DNA from: Euglena gracilis
Taxonomy: Eukaryota
DNA: 64,000 nt
Reading direction: 5' to 3'
NCBI GenBank assembly: GCA_039621445.1
Contig: CP154954.1
Location: 33,023,455-33,087,454 of the forward strand
Shown: positions 1 to 12,272 of the stretch, piece by piece
Layout: the number at the start of each line of letters is the position of its first letter
Position numbering within the stretch: position 1 is the first letter of the stretch
Made by a program: the position numbers and the translations under genes
Notes under the pieces: generated by a model
Told to the model about the DNA's origin: nothing
The model's input: the letters and a program-made list of their open reading frames with translations, nothing else
The model's database searches: none

Positions 1-8
1 CTGGCAGC

Positions 9-322
9 CAGGGAATATTTGAAGACAAAACATCTCAAATATTTTGAAGGGTTTTGGGGTAAGATTTTTTAGAAATATATTTCCAAGGGCGGGACAAGAC
101 ATCGAATGTGTCAAAAATCAAAAAGTCTGAAGGCCCATTTTTTTCGATTTGGGTGGATGCACACTGTTCCAGTGATGCCAGGTTTTTTTTTTGCGGAGCT
201 GGATTTTTTGTGGAGGTTTTGCAACTTCATTTTGACTCAGTTTGAGGAGAATTTTGCCAGAAAGGTTTTAGGTTTTTTCAAATTTTTTTTGAGTTTTTCA
301 AAGGCATTTTAAAAATCGCCTG
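9..322. mobile_element. Family-A MITE (CAG..CTG termini)
   Basis: Shares internal blocks (gtcaaaaatc..gggtggat..ccagtgatgcca, aaggcattttaa) with 5864-6249, 38283-38738 (inverted) and 51634-52353. No TSD recognised. Confidence 0.65.
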
Positions 323-547
323 CCTTGTCGCGCCGAACGGCGCAATCCGAGGCATTTGCCCTCTCCGCGCACTGCCAATCTGCTGGTTATTCTGCTGGCT
401 ACCCAAGGCCGAGGCCAGGGTCCACAACCCGCCCAGAATCGCCAGGAGGGGGGGCGAGCAAGAAAACTGCTGAAAATTTTTGAAGTCAAAAAATTCTGAA
501 GTGGGAGAATCATCGTCATCCCTTGGTATGTTTTTTGACCCCCTCCT

Positions 548-1130
548 GACTCACACAGTTCTTTTTGGTGGGGAGCAAAAATTTTGGGTCACAAGTTCAT
601 AACAAAACAGGAATGGTGCATTCAACAGCACGACCCTCAAATAATACCCCCCATGGGCCGGGACTTCGGGCGAATAAATTAACAGGCTGGGGGGGGTTGT
701 TATTTGGGAGGGGGGTGAACCCTCCTCCAAATAAAACCCCCAAATACCCCCAAATAATACCCTCCCCCCCAAAAATACACCCCCCTCGGGGTCTGACTTT
801 GGCGACCAAGTTAATAACCCCCCCCCCAGTAATTTGGGGCTGACGACCAGGATTTTAACCTAAAAAATGCCGATAAAAGTGACAATCTCTGACAATAGTT
901 ACGAGAAGACTATTTTTCTGGATCATCCGTCCAAAATGCTAAATTGTATGAGAAAATGTAAACAAAAAAAACTCCCCAAAGGGGGGTGTTGGGTGCTATT
1001 TTGGGTCCCATGAGGCTTCAAAACTTTCGATTATTTCGATTATTACCCCCTCCAAGTGATCCCCCCGGCCACAATTTCGGACGGAAAAATAACACCCAGG
1101 GGGTATTATTTTGGGGGGTTTACCCATTAC
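548..1130. mobile_element. Family-B MITE-like repeat (AATACCCCCC/GGGGTATTATT motifs)
   Basis: Similar to 35460-35905 (inverted), 9733-10236, 12040-12095 and 43520-43730. Confidence 0.6.
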
Positions 1131-1988
1131 ACAGGTCTTGGTTTCCCTTTGAAACCCTCGACAGGCAACCTTGGTGTTTGAGGCGACAACCTTGTAAACC
1201 CCTCCCTTGGTTTTCGACCAACGTTCCGAATAATGCTGTTTGTTTCTTTGTCTTTTTTCTCAATGCAGGTTTTTGGAGGCTCAGGGTGATTTTTTAAAGT
1301 GTAATGCTTAGTTTTGAATCCATATGTTTATATGGCAACAAATTTGCTACTGACCACCCCGGGGGGGGGGGGAGGGTAGCAGTGAAATGCACCAGGGACC
1401 ACGTTTCACCGCTTGGCCCCTCACAAGTTTTCTTTCTTGGGAAAATGTAGTATCACTGAAAACGTTTAGGGTTGGGATTTAGGTTTAAGGTTTGGTGAAG
1501 GGTCGGCCAAATTTGAGCCTAAGTTAGACCGCGCTTTCAGCCAAAATTTAAGTCCATTTTGTCCAATTTTGGCCTACCTTTTTTCCTAACATGTTCCCTA
1601 ACCATGCTTTGAACCCTAATCCCAATCTTTAATGGAAGCGGAATTGAAAAAAAAATTTGTGGTGCAAAGTCCAAAAATCGGCGTTGGCCCTAGAAGTAGG
1701 GTTGCTCGCACGTTTCACCACCTAGTTCTGGGGGGGGGGGCAGTGGTGAATTGTTGCCATTTATTTTTGTGTGTTGAGCGTGATTTAATTCAGTTTTTAC
1801 ACGTATAATGCTATGTGTTCTACACATTATTCTATTTCTCGTTGTTATTTGATTGTTTTTTCCCACATTTTTATACACATATGTACATTTGCATGCAGCT
1901 TGCTTCATATCTTTTGTTTTTTTTTGAAAGTACCGCATGTTTATTATCATAAGATTTGATAGATGTGTTGCATGCGCATTGCTTTGGA

Positions 1989-3316
1989 TCAGGCTCTTGG
2001 CAGATTGAAGTGATGCCAGATTTTGGTGTCTTCAGGTTTGAGGTGTGGCCAGATAAGGCTGAGGCTAGATTCAGTGGCTTTTAGATTGTGTGCCAAAGTA
2101 TTCTCCACACACCAGCGATTTTCCATTCCATTGGACATGTTCAGAAGCACTCCCCCGCCCCCACCACGGATTTTATGAAGTTTGGAATCTGGGGGAGGGG
2201 GCTAGGGTGGGTGGGTCTGTTGGACCCCCCCCCAGGGTGGGTTCCCCCAAGGACCCCGGGGGGACTCTGGGAGAGGCAGGTTTTTGGGTTTCTTCAGTGC
2301 AGATTTTTTGACTCCAAGGTTAACCACAAGAAAGAAAGGGGGTGCCCCTCCATCCCCTGGGTGGGTGGGCCCCCCCCCGGTCTTAACAGTTCCTGCCTCC
2401 ACCCCACAACTGTTGACTGGGCAGCCGTCCTGGTTCTGACCCAGGGTTTTGCAATGGGACTCGTTGGCTCGATTGAATGACTGGCAACAACAAGTGCTGG
2501 GGGAAGGAAGTCAACCCGGTCCCCAGCGTTGTTGTTTGCATCATTGTTTTCGATGGATGTGAATCTCGGTGCACCGAGTGTGAGGGATGTGGCTGGGATT
2601 TCTGACAGACACTGACATGTTTTTTTGTGCGCAGGAAAGACTAAAAGCAACCGGAAGGCCTGGCGAGATGAACCGGTTCGAGGTCAGGGGCCGGATCGAT
2701 GCGAGGCTGATGATGGCTTCCATCACCGCCGACTGATTTTGTCGAAGTGGACGGGGAATGTGACCGGAGGCAGCCGTTTTCCAACCCCACCCCCAATATT
2801 TCGGATGGATTGCTGGCTGCCATCCCTGTGTGTCCCTCGTGATGAACATGGGCGGTCTACAGGGGATGGGAAGCTTTTTCCTGCCTCAAGACCTGTGATA
2901 GCACAATTCCCTCGGGCTTCCAGAGGGGTGGGAGGGAGGATGGATCAGCATTACTGTTTGGCCCGGAGCTCGTCAATGACACCCATAGGCTCACTTGGAT
3001 GACCTCCGCTATGCCAACCACATGTCCACATGTCCCACCCCGGGCTGGAGCTAAGCCCTGTTTGTAGATCTTTGTTCCTGTTCCTGTCCTTTGGGGACAT
3101 ATGCCCCCCCTGGGGTTTCGTCCAGAGCCAAACCTTGATCGCCCCTTGTTGCTGCCGTCCATCAGGATGACGTCACCCAAAGAGGCTTTCATTTTCCAGG
3201 TTTTGTCGATCTGATGCAGGCAAGCACCCAAATATGTTCAGACAACATTCAGTCCAAAGTGCACTGCACAATGCGGCTGTCGCCGTCCCCCTGGTGCATG
3301 GCCGCTGGTGCTGCAT
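1989..3316 (-). CDS. Hypothetical multi-exon orphan protein (~5-6 exons)
   Basis: Minus-strand coding-like blocks: ~3143-3230 (ACLHQIDKTWKMKASLGDVILMDGSNKG), ~2960-3010, ~2655-2740 (AVMEAIISLASIRPLTSNRFISPG, high GC3), ~2398-2478 (IEPTSPIAKPWVRTRTAAQSTVVGW) and a last exon ~2155 to a stop at 1989 or 2071 depending on frame. A candidate trans-splice acceptor (TGTCTGCAG) lies at ~3332. Start and last-exon frame are uncertain. Confidence 0.5.
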
Positions 3317-4188
3317 TACCAATATGCTGCCCTGCAGACATGCACAAACAAAAGCGAGCGCAAAGTATCAACCAACCAACCAACAGCATTCATCCCAAGA
3401 AACGTGATTTTTTGTGGGGGTTTTATTGCATTTTTTTTCCAGGTGATTCTTTGATTTCTATGGGACATTGGGACCTTGAGAATTTTTTTCGACTCTGAAA
3501 GATCCATATTTTCGCCCGTTTTTCCTTCCAACCAATTTTTTTTGCAATTTCTTGTCATGTTATTTATCTTTTTTGCCAAAAAAATCACCATTTTCAGCTT
3601 AGCAAAATATTAATGAGGAATTTTCTCGAGGACACAAAAAAATGATTTTATTTCAGTTCATTTGCTTTTGATTGTGTTTATTTGTTTTTTTTTGGCAATT
3701 TTGTGTCGCGTTATGCAAGGATCCACGTTGTGTTTCCCCGCCCCTGCTACGATGAACGTTATGTTTGTATTGTTTCTTTGTTTTCAAAAATGGTCTGGTT
3801 TTCAAGACTGTTGTTTTTTTGTGTAATGTGCATATGGCTGCCCGTTGCTACCTGACCGCCTGCCCTTTCCCTGCTCACCTCCCACGATGTTGCCCTCTAG
3901 TGTTTGGACCACATGTCCAAACACGGATTCCGCCCTGGGAGAATTGTGGAAAAATTGCGGTATTTGCCGGTCGGAGGTTGCAGGTCATGTTACGAGCTGG
4001 CGGACGCCCGAGTGGGGAATTTCAGAAAATGAAGATCCCTGGTGGACGAGAGTTTTAGGCCCAAGTGTTCAGTTTTTTTACTTTTTTTTTTTCAGGTGGG
4101 GGTTTATGGGGCCAAAGATTAGCCAGGTGCTTTTTACTGGGTGGTGTTGCATGTATGGATGGTATGTGTGTCTGTATGTATGTCTGTT

Positions 4189-4565
4189 CAGGGATTTTCT
4201 TACGCCGGAAGGGACCCTACCTCCAAGGGGGTCAGCCAGCCAGCACTTTTTTTCCAGCCAGCACCTCCCACCCGGGCTGCGGACCCCCCCCCCCAGGGGG
4301 AATTATGTTTGGGGTAGCCTGGCGAAGCTGGGCTTGACCGAGAATTTTGAAAAAAGGGAGCTAATGGCCAAAAATGGCCTTTTTGGGGTGTTTTGGGGGA
4401 ATTTTTCACCCCAATGGATGCCTGAAAAATTCCAAACCAGGTAGATTTTGGGCTTTTGGGGGCATTTTTTTGGTTAGCCGCCGGGTCCAGCTGCCAGCGA
4501 GGTTCGAATTACCGGACCCCCACCCCCTAGGGGAGGGTCCAGCCAGCATTTTTTTCCAGCTGGCC
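4189..4565. mobile_element. Family-C repeat (GGGTCCAGCCAGC motif)
   Basis: Related copies at ~9117-9390, 12700-13160, 53628-53840 and 55440-55560. Confidence 0.6.
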
Positions 4566-5130
4566 TGCGTGCATGTATGTATGTATGTACGCTTGTATGC
4601 ATGTATGTATGCATGTATGTGTATGTATGTAGGTATGTATGTACGTATGTATGTATGTTGTTTGAAAAAGAAACATTGGCAATTTCTCATTCTCATGGGT
4701 GTATAGCAAAACGTATGGAATCAAGAGGAATGACCCACCAAACCATTAACCACAAAGAGGGATGCCATTTATGTTCAGGAAAGTTCCATTTCAGGGCACT
4801 TGGAACGGACAGAGCACTCAGAAAAATCATACAAAACGATCTTTGAAAATGAATAGTTCCACAGAGAGGTTATGTGCAGTTGCCTTCCTGTGTCGAAGAA
4901 ATAATTGTGTTTGAATCACCTGTTCTCATTTTAATGAAATGATTTCGGTGATTGTCTTTCTGTTTGTCTGTTTGTCTGTATCATGGACGGACATACACAT
5001 ATGAATACATACACACATACACACTCACACGTATGCATGCATGCATGCATACATGCATGAATACATGCATACATACAAACATGCACACACACGGCCAATG
5101 GTCACAGCACTGTCAATGTGTTAATTCATG

Positions 5131-5153
5131 CTTCCATCCCACCTTCTGCCCAG
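5131..5153 (+). promoter_or_regulatory. Putative spliced-leader trans-splice acceptor
   Basis: Pyrimidine tract cttccatcccaccttctgcc followed by CAG, 20 nt upstream of the ATG at 5174. Euglenozoan mRNAs are SL trans-spliced. Confidence 0.5.
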
Positions 5154-5173
5154 GTTTCACTGTAGCCCACCCC

Positions 5174-8100
5174 ATGTTAGTGCTGCGCGGGGTGGTGGGG
5201 CGCAGCAAGCTGCACTGCAACGCCGGGGTCCTCTTTTCCCTTGCTTCTGCTAGAAATCCCCCCTCCGGTGCCATCTCCCAGAGGACCCACTGGAATAGAA
5301 GACCGGAACGATAGAGGAAGGTGAATGGCCAAACCCAGTGACAACAACATTAATAGTACCAGTTTTAGTGGTGGTGGATGTTTTTGCAGTATTTTTGTCA
5401 TTTACTCTCACAGAACACAAAGGGCTCGTTTTGGGGAGAGGTTCTGCATCAAGGGGTAAGAATTGTGAAGATCATGCACATAAGAAGCCCATTTTCTTTG
5501 CGACATTTCGTTCAGCTGACGGGAGCGATTCTGTTTCAACGACAGGAGCCATTCTGTTTCAACGAGATAAAGATAAGTGTGAGCACTGGCCATTTCCCTG
5601 TTACGGGAAGTTTGATTCCGCTGCCCCAACGAAGCATTGCAGGTGTTTCCATCTGAGCTGGCATGGCTGGGATGGCGAGCGGTGTGACGTGGCGAGCAGT
5701 GTGCCACCTGGCCTTCTGGGGCCTCCCTCCAGGCCACAGTCAAAGGAATGGCGGCCCCTCCGGGACGTCTTCACGGTGTGCACCCCCACCGCCCGCCAGA
5801 CCCTCCTCTTCTTCCCGGGGGATGTACAGGCAGAGCGTGCGGCCATGCTGACCGGCCGGTGCCCAGGGCTATTTTTCAAGCCAAAAGAATCAATTTTCAA
5901 AATTCCACAGGCAATTTTTGAAGCATTTTGTTAAGTTTTTTAAGGCTTTTCTCAAATTGCTGTTTTTCAAGACGGTGCAAGAGCAGTCCAAGAGTCGAAT
6001 GGGGGTCGAAAATTACAGAGCCAAAAAAAAAACGCATTTCCGAGTTTTGGGTGGATTGCCGATGTACAAGCATGCCAGAAATCATTCTCTTTTCTGAAGT
6101 TGGCGTGTTTTTGCCGAGATTTCGAGATTTGCTCAGTCAGATAAAATTCTGCCAAAATGATTTTTTTATTTGACCAAAAGTTGATTTTTGAGTTTTTTTA
6201 AGAGTTTTTTTCTGAGGGTTTTAAGATGCCTTCAAAGAAATCAGCCCTTCTGGTACCCTCAGTTTGCAGAGTATGCATATGAGGGGACGCTAGACCTTCT
6301 GAAGGACAGTTTCCCTGTCTTGTCCCCTGCTGCAACCCTTCCCCGGCCTTCTATTTTGAAATGATTATGTTTGACCCAAAGGAATTGATGGTATTTATGT
6401 CCCCCAAAGTTGTCGTTTGAAATGATTGTAGATGCAGGGTGAAGATAAAGTTGTGGCACCATCACAACGCACAAGAAACGCCAACTGCCAATACAATGCA
6501 AATGAATTCTGAATGGAGGTGGAATTGGTGATCAGAAACAACCTACTCTGGTCTGAGCTAGCATGCTGAAAGTCTTTCGATGGCGTGCCCAGAGCATTTT
6601 TTAAAAAAATTAAATTGTTTTCATTTTTTAAAGTTAATTTATCATAAATTGATTTATTTTCTCAATTTATATCTAAGAAATATTTGCTGATGATTTAATT
6701 CCAGGGAGGTGTCCCTCAAAATGCAAACCATACCTCCCAAATGGGCCGCTCTTCTGTAATGGCAGGGGAAACACGTTGATACGAACCTCTTCCTGATCCA
6801 GCCGGCCGGGCAGGGCGCTGTTGCTCGCCCCTTTTGCCAACCCTATGACCCGGCTGGGGTGGGACACCCCCACCTTCAACTTCACACAACTCCTGGTCCA
6901 TGCTGACACAACTCCGGGCCACAGCAGCTGCCAAACCAGCTCATTTTTTTTTCTGCCAACGAAGGGGTATGGTATAATTGGTTTGGTGTGATAGGGTGAC
7001 AGTTGGGTGATGTTATTGGAACCCAACCGATGCGGCCCCGGCTGGAACAGAACCCCAGACACCGTACAGTGTGCCCCCCCCACACCATCACACCATGCCA
7101 TCCGGGGCCCAGAGCCCTGAGGCATACCAGCACCCGGACGGGCGCAGCGTGTATGCCAACCTGCTGTCCTCCCTGGACGGGGACGGCTCCCTCGTGGTCG
7201 GCCCCGAGGGGGTGGGGGAAGTGACCACCCGCTGCCAGCTGCAGCCCAGCCCCCCCCCGCCATCCCCCCGGGGAGTGCTGATGGGTGCAACGAAAGCGAC
7301 CGGACAACACTGAGCCCTAACTACCCCATAACTACCCCATACCCCATAAAGTTCATTCACCTCCCCCCCCCCCACCTGGAGTGAGTCTTCGTTGGAATTT
7401 GCAAAATGGCGAGAATGCCTGTTAGGGGTACCCCTGAAAAGCCACTGGATTCCATTAACGTGAGGAAACGCTGACATCAGGAAAAAGGAACTTGCAGTCG
7501 CAAGCAGGTTTTCGGCATGTGGGAGAAATACAATTTTCATGTGGGAGAAATCAATTTAACCCTCCCCATGATGGAGCATTTCAAGACAGGAAATGATAGT
7601 TGCCAGTTGCTTCAGGCTTCTTGTAGGTTACTGTTGAAAAAGATTTTTTTTGCACCAACTTAGAGTCGGATTTTGTTTAATTGCTTCAATGTCAATGGAA
7701 TTCTACCATTTGTGATTTTTCAACTCAGTCCCCCATCCAAATACATCTCCCTGGTTGGAGTTCCAACTAATTATAGAAACATCATGTTTTGTGAAGCCAC
7801 ATGCTCAAAGGGGAAGAAATCACTTGATAATTGCGGTTGGTTTTTTTTTGTGCTCTGTTTGTGCTAGTGAGTTTTTTTTTTGCATTTTTCAGTTTGTTTT
7901 TCCTGGTAAATTTTTCAGTTCTGCTGGGATATTATTTCGATTTGGAAGATTTCATGGTGGACTTTTTGGTTTGGGTTTGGTCTTTATTTCTGTGGCCAAA
8001 TTTTGTTCGGTTTTTGTCAGTTTTGAATCCACATTGCGCATTTTCAGATTCAGAAAGTTCGCAAATTTGCATTCTTTTTTTTGCATTGCATGTTGCGAAA

Positions 8101-11100
8101 GTCCGTGTTGCCCCCCACCCCCCCCCCCGCTTTTGGCGCCGGCCATGGACGGACAAGAAGCCTCAGCAACTGGGGGGGGGGGGGCCGGGGGCCGGGGGGC
8201 CTGCCCCCAGCTCTGATGGCCTCTGTGCAGCGGGCGCTGGCCCGGCAGCACGGCGTCGCGCTGCCGCCCCTGCCCCTCGTCTTGCTGGGCTTCAGCAAGG
8301 GATGCCTCGTGCTGAACCATCTGCTGCTGCCTGGCGGGCGCCAGGCTACTGTTCAACTCGAAGCCCCCCCTCCCCCGCGGGGTGGGGGGCGTGGGTTCCA
8401 GGCCAGACCCCCCCCCCCAGGGGGATATGGGTTTCAGCGTGAAGCGCCGAAAATTTTTTGGGAAATGCCTTCAGACGGCCCGATCTTCGAAGTGCAGGTT
8501 CTGCCTTGGGCCGGGTGAGTGGGGGGACCCCTGCCCCTGGGGGGGGGGTCTTAAAAAGAAGCCTGGCGGGCAGCTCCCCTGCAGCGTCGGCCACAGAAAG
8601 CAGCGTGGGCCCTAGTGTTGCGTTTCCTTGGTGGTGGGGCCTCCACAGCACTCAATGTGGAAGTTCTAGATTATTTTCTCAATGTGGAATTTGCGTGCGC
8701 CATGTAAAATTTGCTTGCAGATTTGCCGTGGATTGAACTGCATCTAAGGTCCTCGGCAATAACCCCCCCAACAACAACTGTCATGTCTGGGGAAGTATTG
8801 CGTCCCCCTCCTCCTGAAGCTGTCAGGGTCGCCAGTATTGGCCCACCGGCACCCCCATTTTTATTATTTTTAAACGGCGGCGTTGATGTTCAGGATGATA
8901 TCGACTCTTTTCGAGGGAGGGGGGACAGCACCTGAACTGGCACGTTGGGGATTTTTGCAATCAATCAACTCTGTGCAGTGAACTTTTGATCACATTTTTT
9001 CTGTGCACCCGTTTCCTCCAATTTTCCATTTATTTTTCCTTTTTATTTTCCTTGTTGCGCTGGGACAAAAGTTTCTTTTTTTCCATTTCGTTCAGGGCCG
9101 CCTTGCAAAGAACAGGCAGGGGTTTTCTCACGCGGAGGGGACCCTACCCTGGGGGGGGGGTCCAGCCAGCCGGGCTGTGGGGGGTCCGCTGAAATAAAGT
9201 TTGGGCCACACCCCAGCGAAGCCAATGGACCGAAAATATTGGGAACAGGGGGTCAAAATGGCCAGAAATGGCAAGGCTTTTCGCCTGTTTTTTGGTGCCC
9301 TCCGGGTCCAGCTACCACCTGGCCAGACCCCCAGACCGGTACCCCTGGGGGGGGAGATGGGCAGCACCTTTTTCCAGCCGGCATGCCCCTCGCCCCGGGT
9401 TTGTTTGGGGCCAGGGCCCGCCTCAACCCTCAACCGTCGCCAGCCGCCCGCCGCCGCCGGAGGAAGCGGTGGATGACCCCCGCGACGGCGCCCCCGCCCA
9501 GGACAGCCCCTTCGCCCTCCGCCTCGTGCGGCGCCTCATTTGGGTCGACGCCGGCAACTCCAACCTGCCGGGCGCCTACCCCGGCCCCTGGCCCGCCGCT
9601 GTGCAACGCCCAGGCCGCCTTTCACCTCCGCTGTCCCCCTCAACCCGCTGAGACGGTGGTCTGTTGCGATCTCAGTGTTTGTCACCTACGTGTCGCCTAA
9701 GGAGGAAATTGTGAGCATTCCCGATCAATGATACCGAACTTTATTAAACCCGCCCAAAAGTAAGACCCCCCAAAAACAAGACCCTCCCTTCGAGCAAAAA
9801 TTCAAAAAATAAGACCCCCCCAAAATAAGTCTCCCCCTGGGCCGATCAAGCAAAAATCCAAAAATAAGACCCCCAAAAATAAGACCCCCCCCTGACAGCA
9901 CGAAGCGCCAAAGACGGTGAACATTTGAAAAAATATGCCTGAAAATTGCCAAAACCCCCAATTTCACGCACAAAAATGATGAAATTTCAAATTTTTTTTG
10001 TCAGATTTTTGAAGGGCAAAAAAAAACATGCCAAATGCCAAATGTCAACTTACACCAATTTGCACATGGTTCAAAGCGCCAAAAGAAAATTTGAAATGCT
10101 TTTGGGATCCTGAAAAAATGATTTTTTTTCAGGCCCGGGTTGGTCAAGGAAAAATCCAAAAATAAGACCCCCCCCCTGGAGGTTTCCAGGAACGGACCCA
10201 GAAATATGACCCGGGGCTTATTTGGGGGGGGGGGGGTACTGTTTGTGCAGATTGTTCTGCAATTTGACTCCTTCATTCATTGTTCATCGGTACCAGAGTC
10301 ATTTTTCACCAAAGCTGATGAAGCACAATGTGGCTGGAACCTTCTTTTTAAGAAAGCCAAATGCCAAATGCCACGCACCAAATCACATGCAAAAGAAGGC
10401 AGGGGGAAATGCAAGCTTGTTTTTGACTTGTGTGTGTTTTGTGTTTTGTCCCTTTTTAGGGTCCATCGCTGAAGGAGTTGCATTCCTGGTATTCAATATT
10501 GTCGACAGTTTTTTGCTGGTACCCTCCCCCTCCCTTGTCGTAAGACCACCCCATTATAACGACCACCCCCTGTTCGCAGGTTGCAGGTCAGGGGGGTTTA
10601 ACGACCACCCCCCAGTCGCAGGTCGCAGGTCAGAACCAAAAAAGGCTGGTTTTTTGAGGTTGTCGCCTTTTTCAGGCATTTTCCATGTTCCCCACCGGCG
10701 CTCATGGTTTGCACACCCGTAGCGATGGCTCGAAAGCCTCCGCAGTTTGTACAAGGTCCTTCAGCGCACCCATGACGACAATTCAGGTCCCCATTGGTAT
10801 CGGTCAATATTGTGAACAACAACCACCCCAGTATAACGACCACCCCCCCGGTCGCAGGTTGCAGGTTAGGGGGGTCTAACGACCAGCCCCCCTGTCGCAG
10901 GTTGCAGGTCGTACGACAAGGGAGGGGAGGGTAGCCATTTGGGTTTCTTTCAATAATGCCCAATCAAAAATTGATGCCAAGGATGGTAACATCCAAGTTA
11001 CCATTTAACCTTTAAATCAAAAAAGTGTATCCAAAATAAGCCAGCCATTGGCCCCCTGCATCTGGGCTATGGAATTTGGTTTGGTTTGGTTTGTTGTGCA

Positions 11101-11829
11101 GGACAATTGCTGATGTGCTTAACTGATCGATACACAAAATTCAATAACTGATGAAGGGGGGGGGGGGCGATGAAATGATGCCTTGCTGTGCTTCGTGGAG
11201 CGGTGGGTGGCGGCAAAGTCCAGCAGGGTTTGCCTCGGCTAGCCAGGGGTTTGATGCATGAAATGCTGAAATGAAAGGCTTTGGAAACTACGTGGGATTC
11301 ACGTTTTGACTACACTAACGACCCGCCCCTTCACCCCCCCCCCCTGGTGGGACGGGTTGGTTGGCCCCCTGATGGTCTGTCGCGTCATCAAACCCTGAGG
11401 GCAGCTGCTGACGGGGGTCAGCGCTGCGTCGAAATCCACTCCACCCCGTACATGGTGCAGCTGCGGCCTCGGCTGCGTTGCCACCTGTGCTTGCCCCGGG
11501 GGGCAAAGTGAGCTTTGGGTGTGCACAGCTGGGGAGAGAGGGGGTCACACCACCCCGACCTCACTTTTGGAACCCTGGCTCTCCGCCCCTGCCTGATTTT
11601 GCTGCTTTTCAGTGTGGAAGACACTTTGCTTGTTGCGTGCGCTGGGACTCACTCGATATCTGCCAAAAGGGTTCGGAAGCGTGCCCAACCCACCTCACTC
11701 CGCAAAACACCCATCGCTGCAGTGTCTTACAAAATTTGCCGTGCGGCCAATGCGGCAGAGCTGAGGTTTTGTGTAACTCCACCAAATTGTTGTTGTTGTT
11801 GGTGGTGGTGGTGTTGTTGTTGTTGTTGC

Positions 11830-11871
<42 letters not shown>

Positions 11872-11995
11872 CGTTGGTGTGGTTGTTGGTGGTGTTGTTT
11901 GTTGTTGTTGTTGTTCTCGTTGTTGTGTTGTTTTTGTAGTTGTTGTTCTTTTAATTATCATTATTATTATTAATATTATTATTATAATTATTATA

Positions 11996-12044
<49 letters not shown>

Positions 12045-12272
12045 TGCCTGAAGTCCCCGCCCAGGGGGGGCTTTATTTGGGGGGAGGGTTTACATCCGGG
12101 GGAATGGGGTGTTGCAAAGCGAAGGCTGGCGGCGGGAGGCGAGCTGGAGCAGTTCTGCCGCACGCTGCAGGCGCTGCACGGCGACGCATTCCGCTCCACG
12201 TGCGATTATCACTTCGCCGGCCGCCGCCCCTCACTGGAGGACCACTTTGCCGTCCTGAGGCACGTGCGGTGA
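5174..12272 (+). CDS. C2orf69: C2orf69 / UPF0565 family protein (alpha/beta-hydrolase-like), ~10 exons
   Basis: Stitched exons: 5174-~5221 MLVLRGVVGRSKLHCN; ~5764-5860 DVFTVCTPTARQTLLFFPGDVQAERAAMLTGR; 6255-~6316 YPQFAEYAYEGTLDLLKDSFP; ~6777-6804 DTNLFLIQP; ~7118-7243 EAYQHPDGRSVYANLLSS..QLQ; 8209-~8338 ALMASVQ..LVLLGFSKGCLVLNHLL; ~8571-8604 (uncertain); ~9444-9590 ..RLVRRLIWVDAGNS; ~11383-11460 ..VEIHSTPYMVQ; ~12133-12272 ELEQFCRTL..YHFAGRRPSLEDHFAVLRHVR*. Motifs FPGDVQ, GFSKGCxVLN, WxDxG, HxTPY and PSxExHF occur in the order recalled for C2orf69. Confidence 0.9.
5861..6254 (+). other. Nonconventional intron consisting of a family-A TIR element plus one TSD copy
   Basis: The intron begins GCC-CAGGGCT and ends AGCCCTT-CTGGT|A. 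Removal gives in-frame TGR-Y-PQF. Flanking 8-mers CCGGTGCC / CTGGTACC match at 6/8. Confidence 0.75.
7244..8208 (+). other. Euglenid nonconventional intron
   Basis: GCC-CAG-C-run ... G-run-CTG-CCCCC|A. CAG at +4..6 pairs with CTG at -8..-6, and splicing gives in-frame QLQALMA. Confidence 0.85.
10522..10931. mobile_element. Tc1/mariner-type MITE, TA TSD
   Basis: TA|CCCTCCCCCTCCCTTGTCGTA ... TACGACAAGGGAGGGGAGGG|TA, with internal repeats of TAACGACCACCCC..GTCGCAGGTTGCAGGT. Confidence 0.8.
11787..12043. repeat. (TTG)n / (ATT)n microsatellite
   Basis: Direct observation. Confidence 0.95.
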
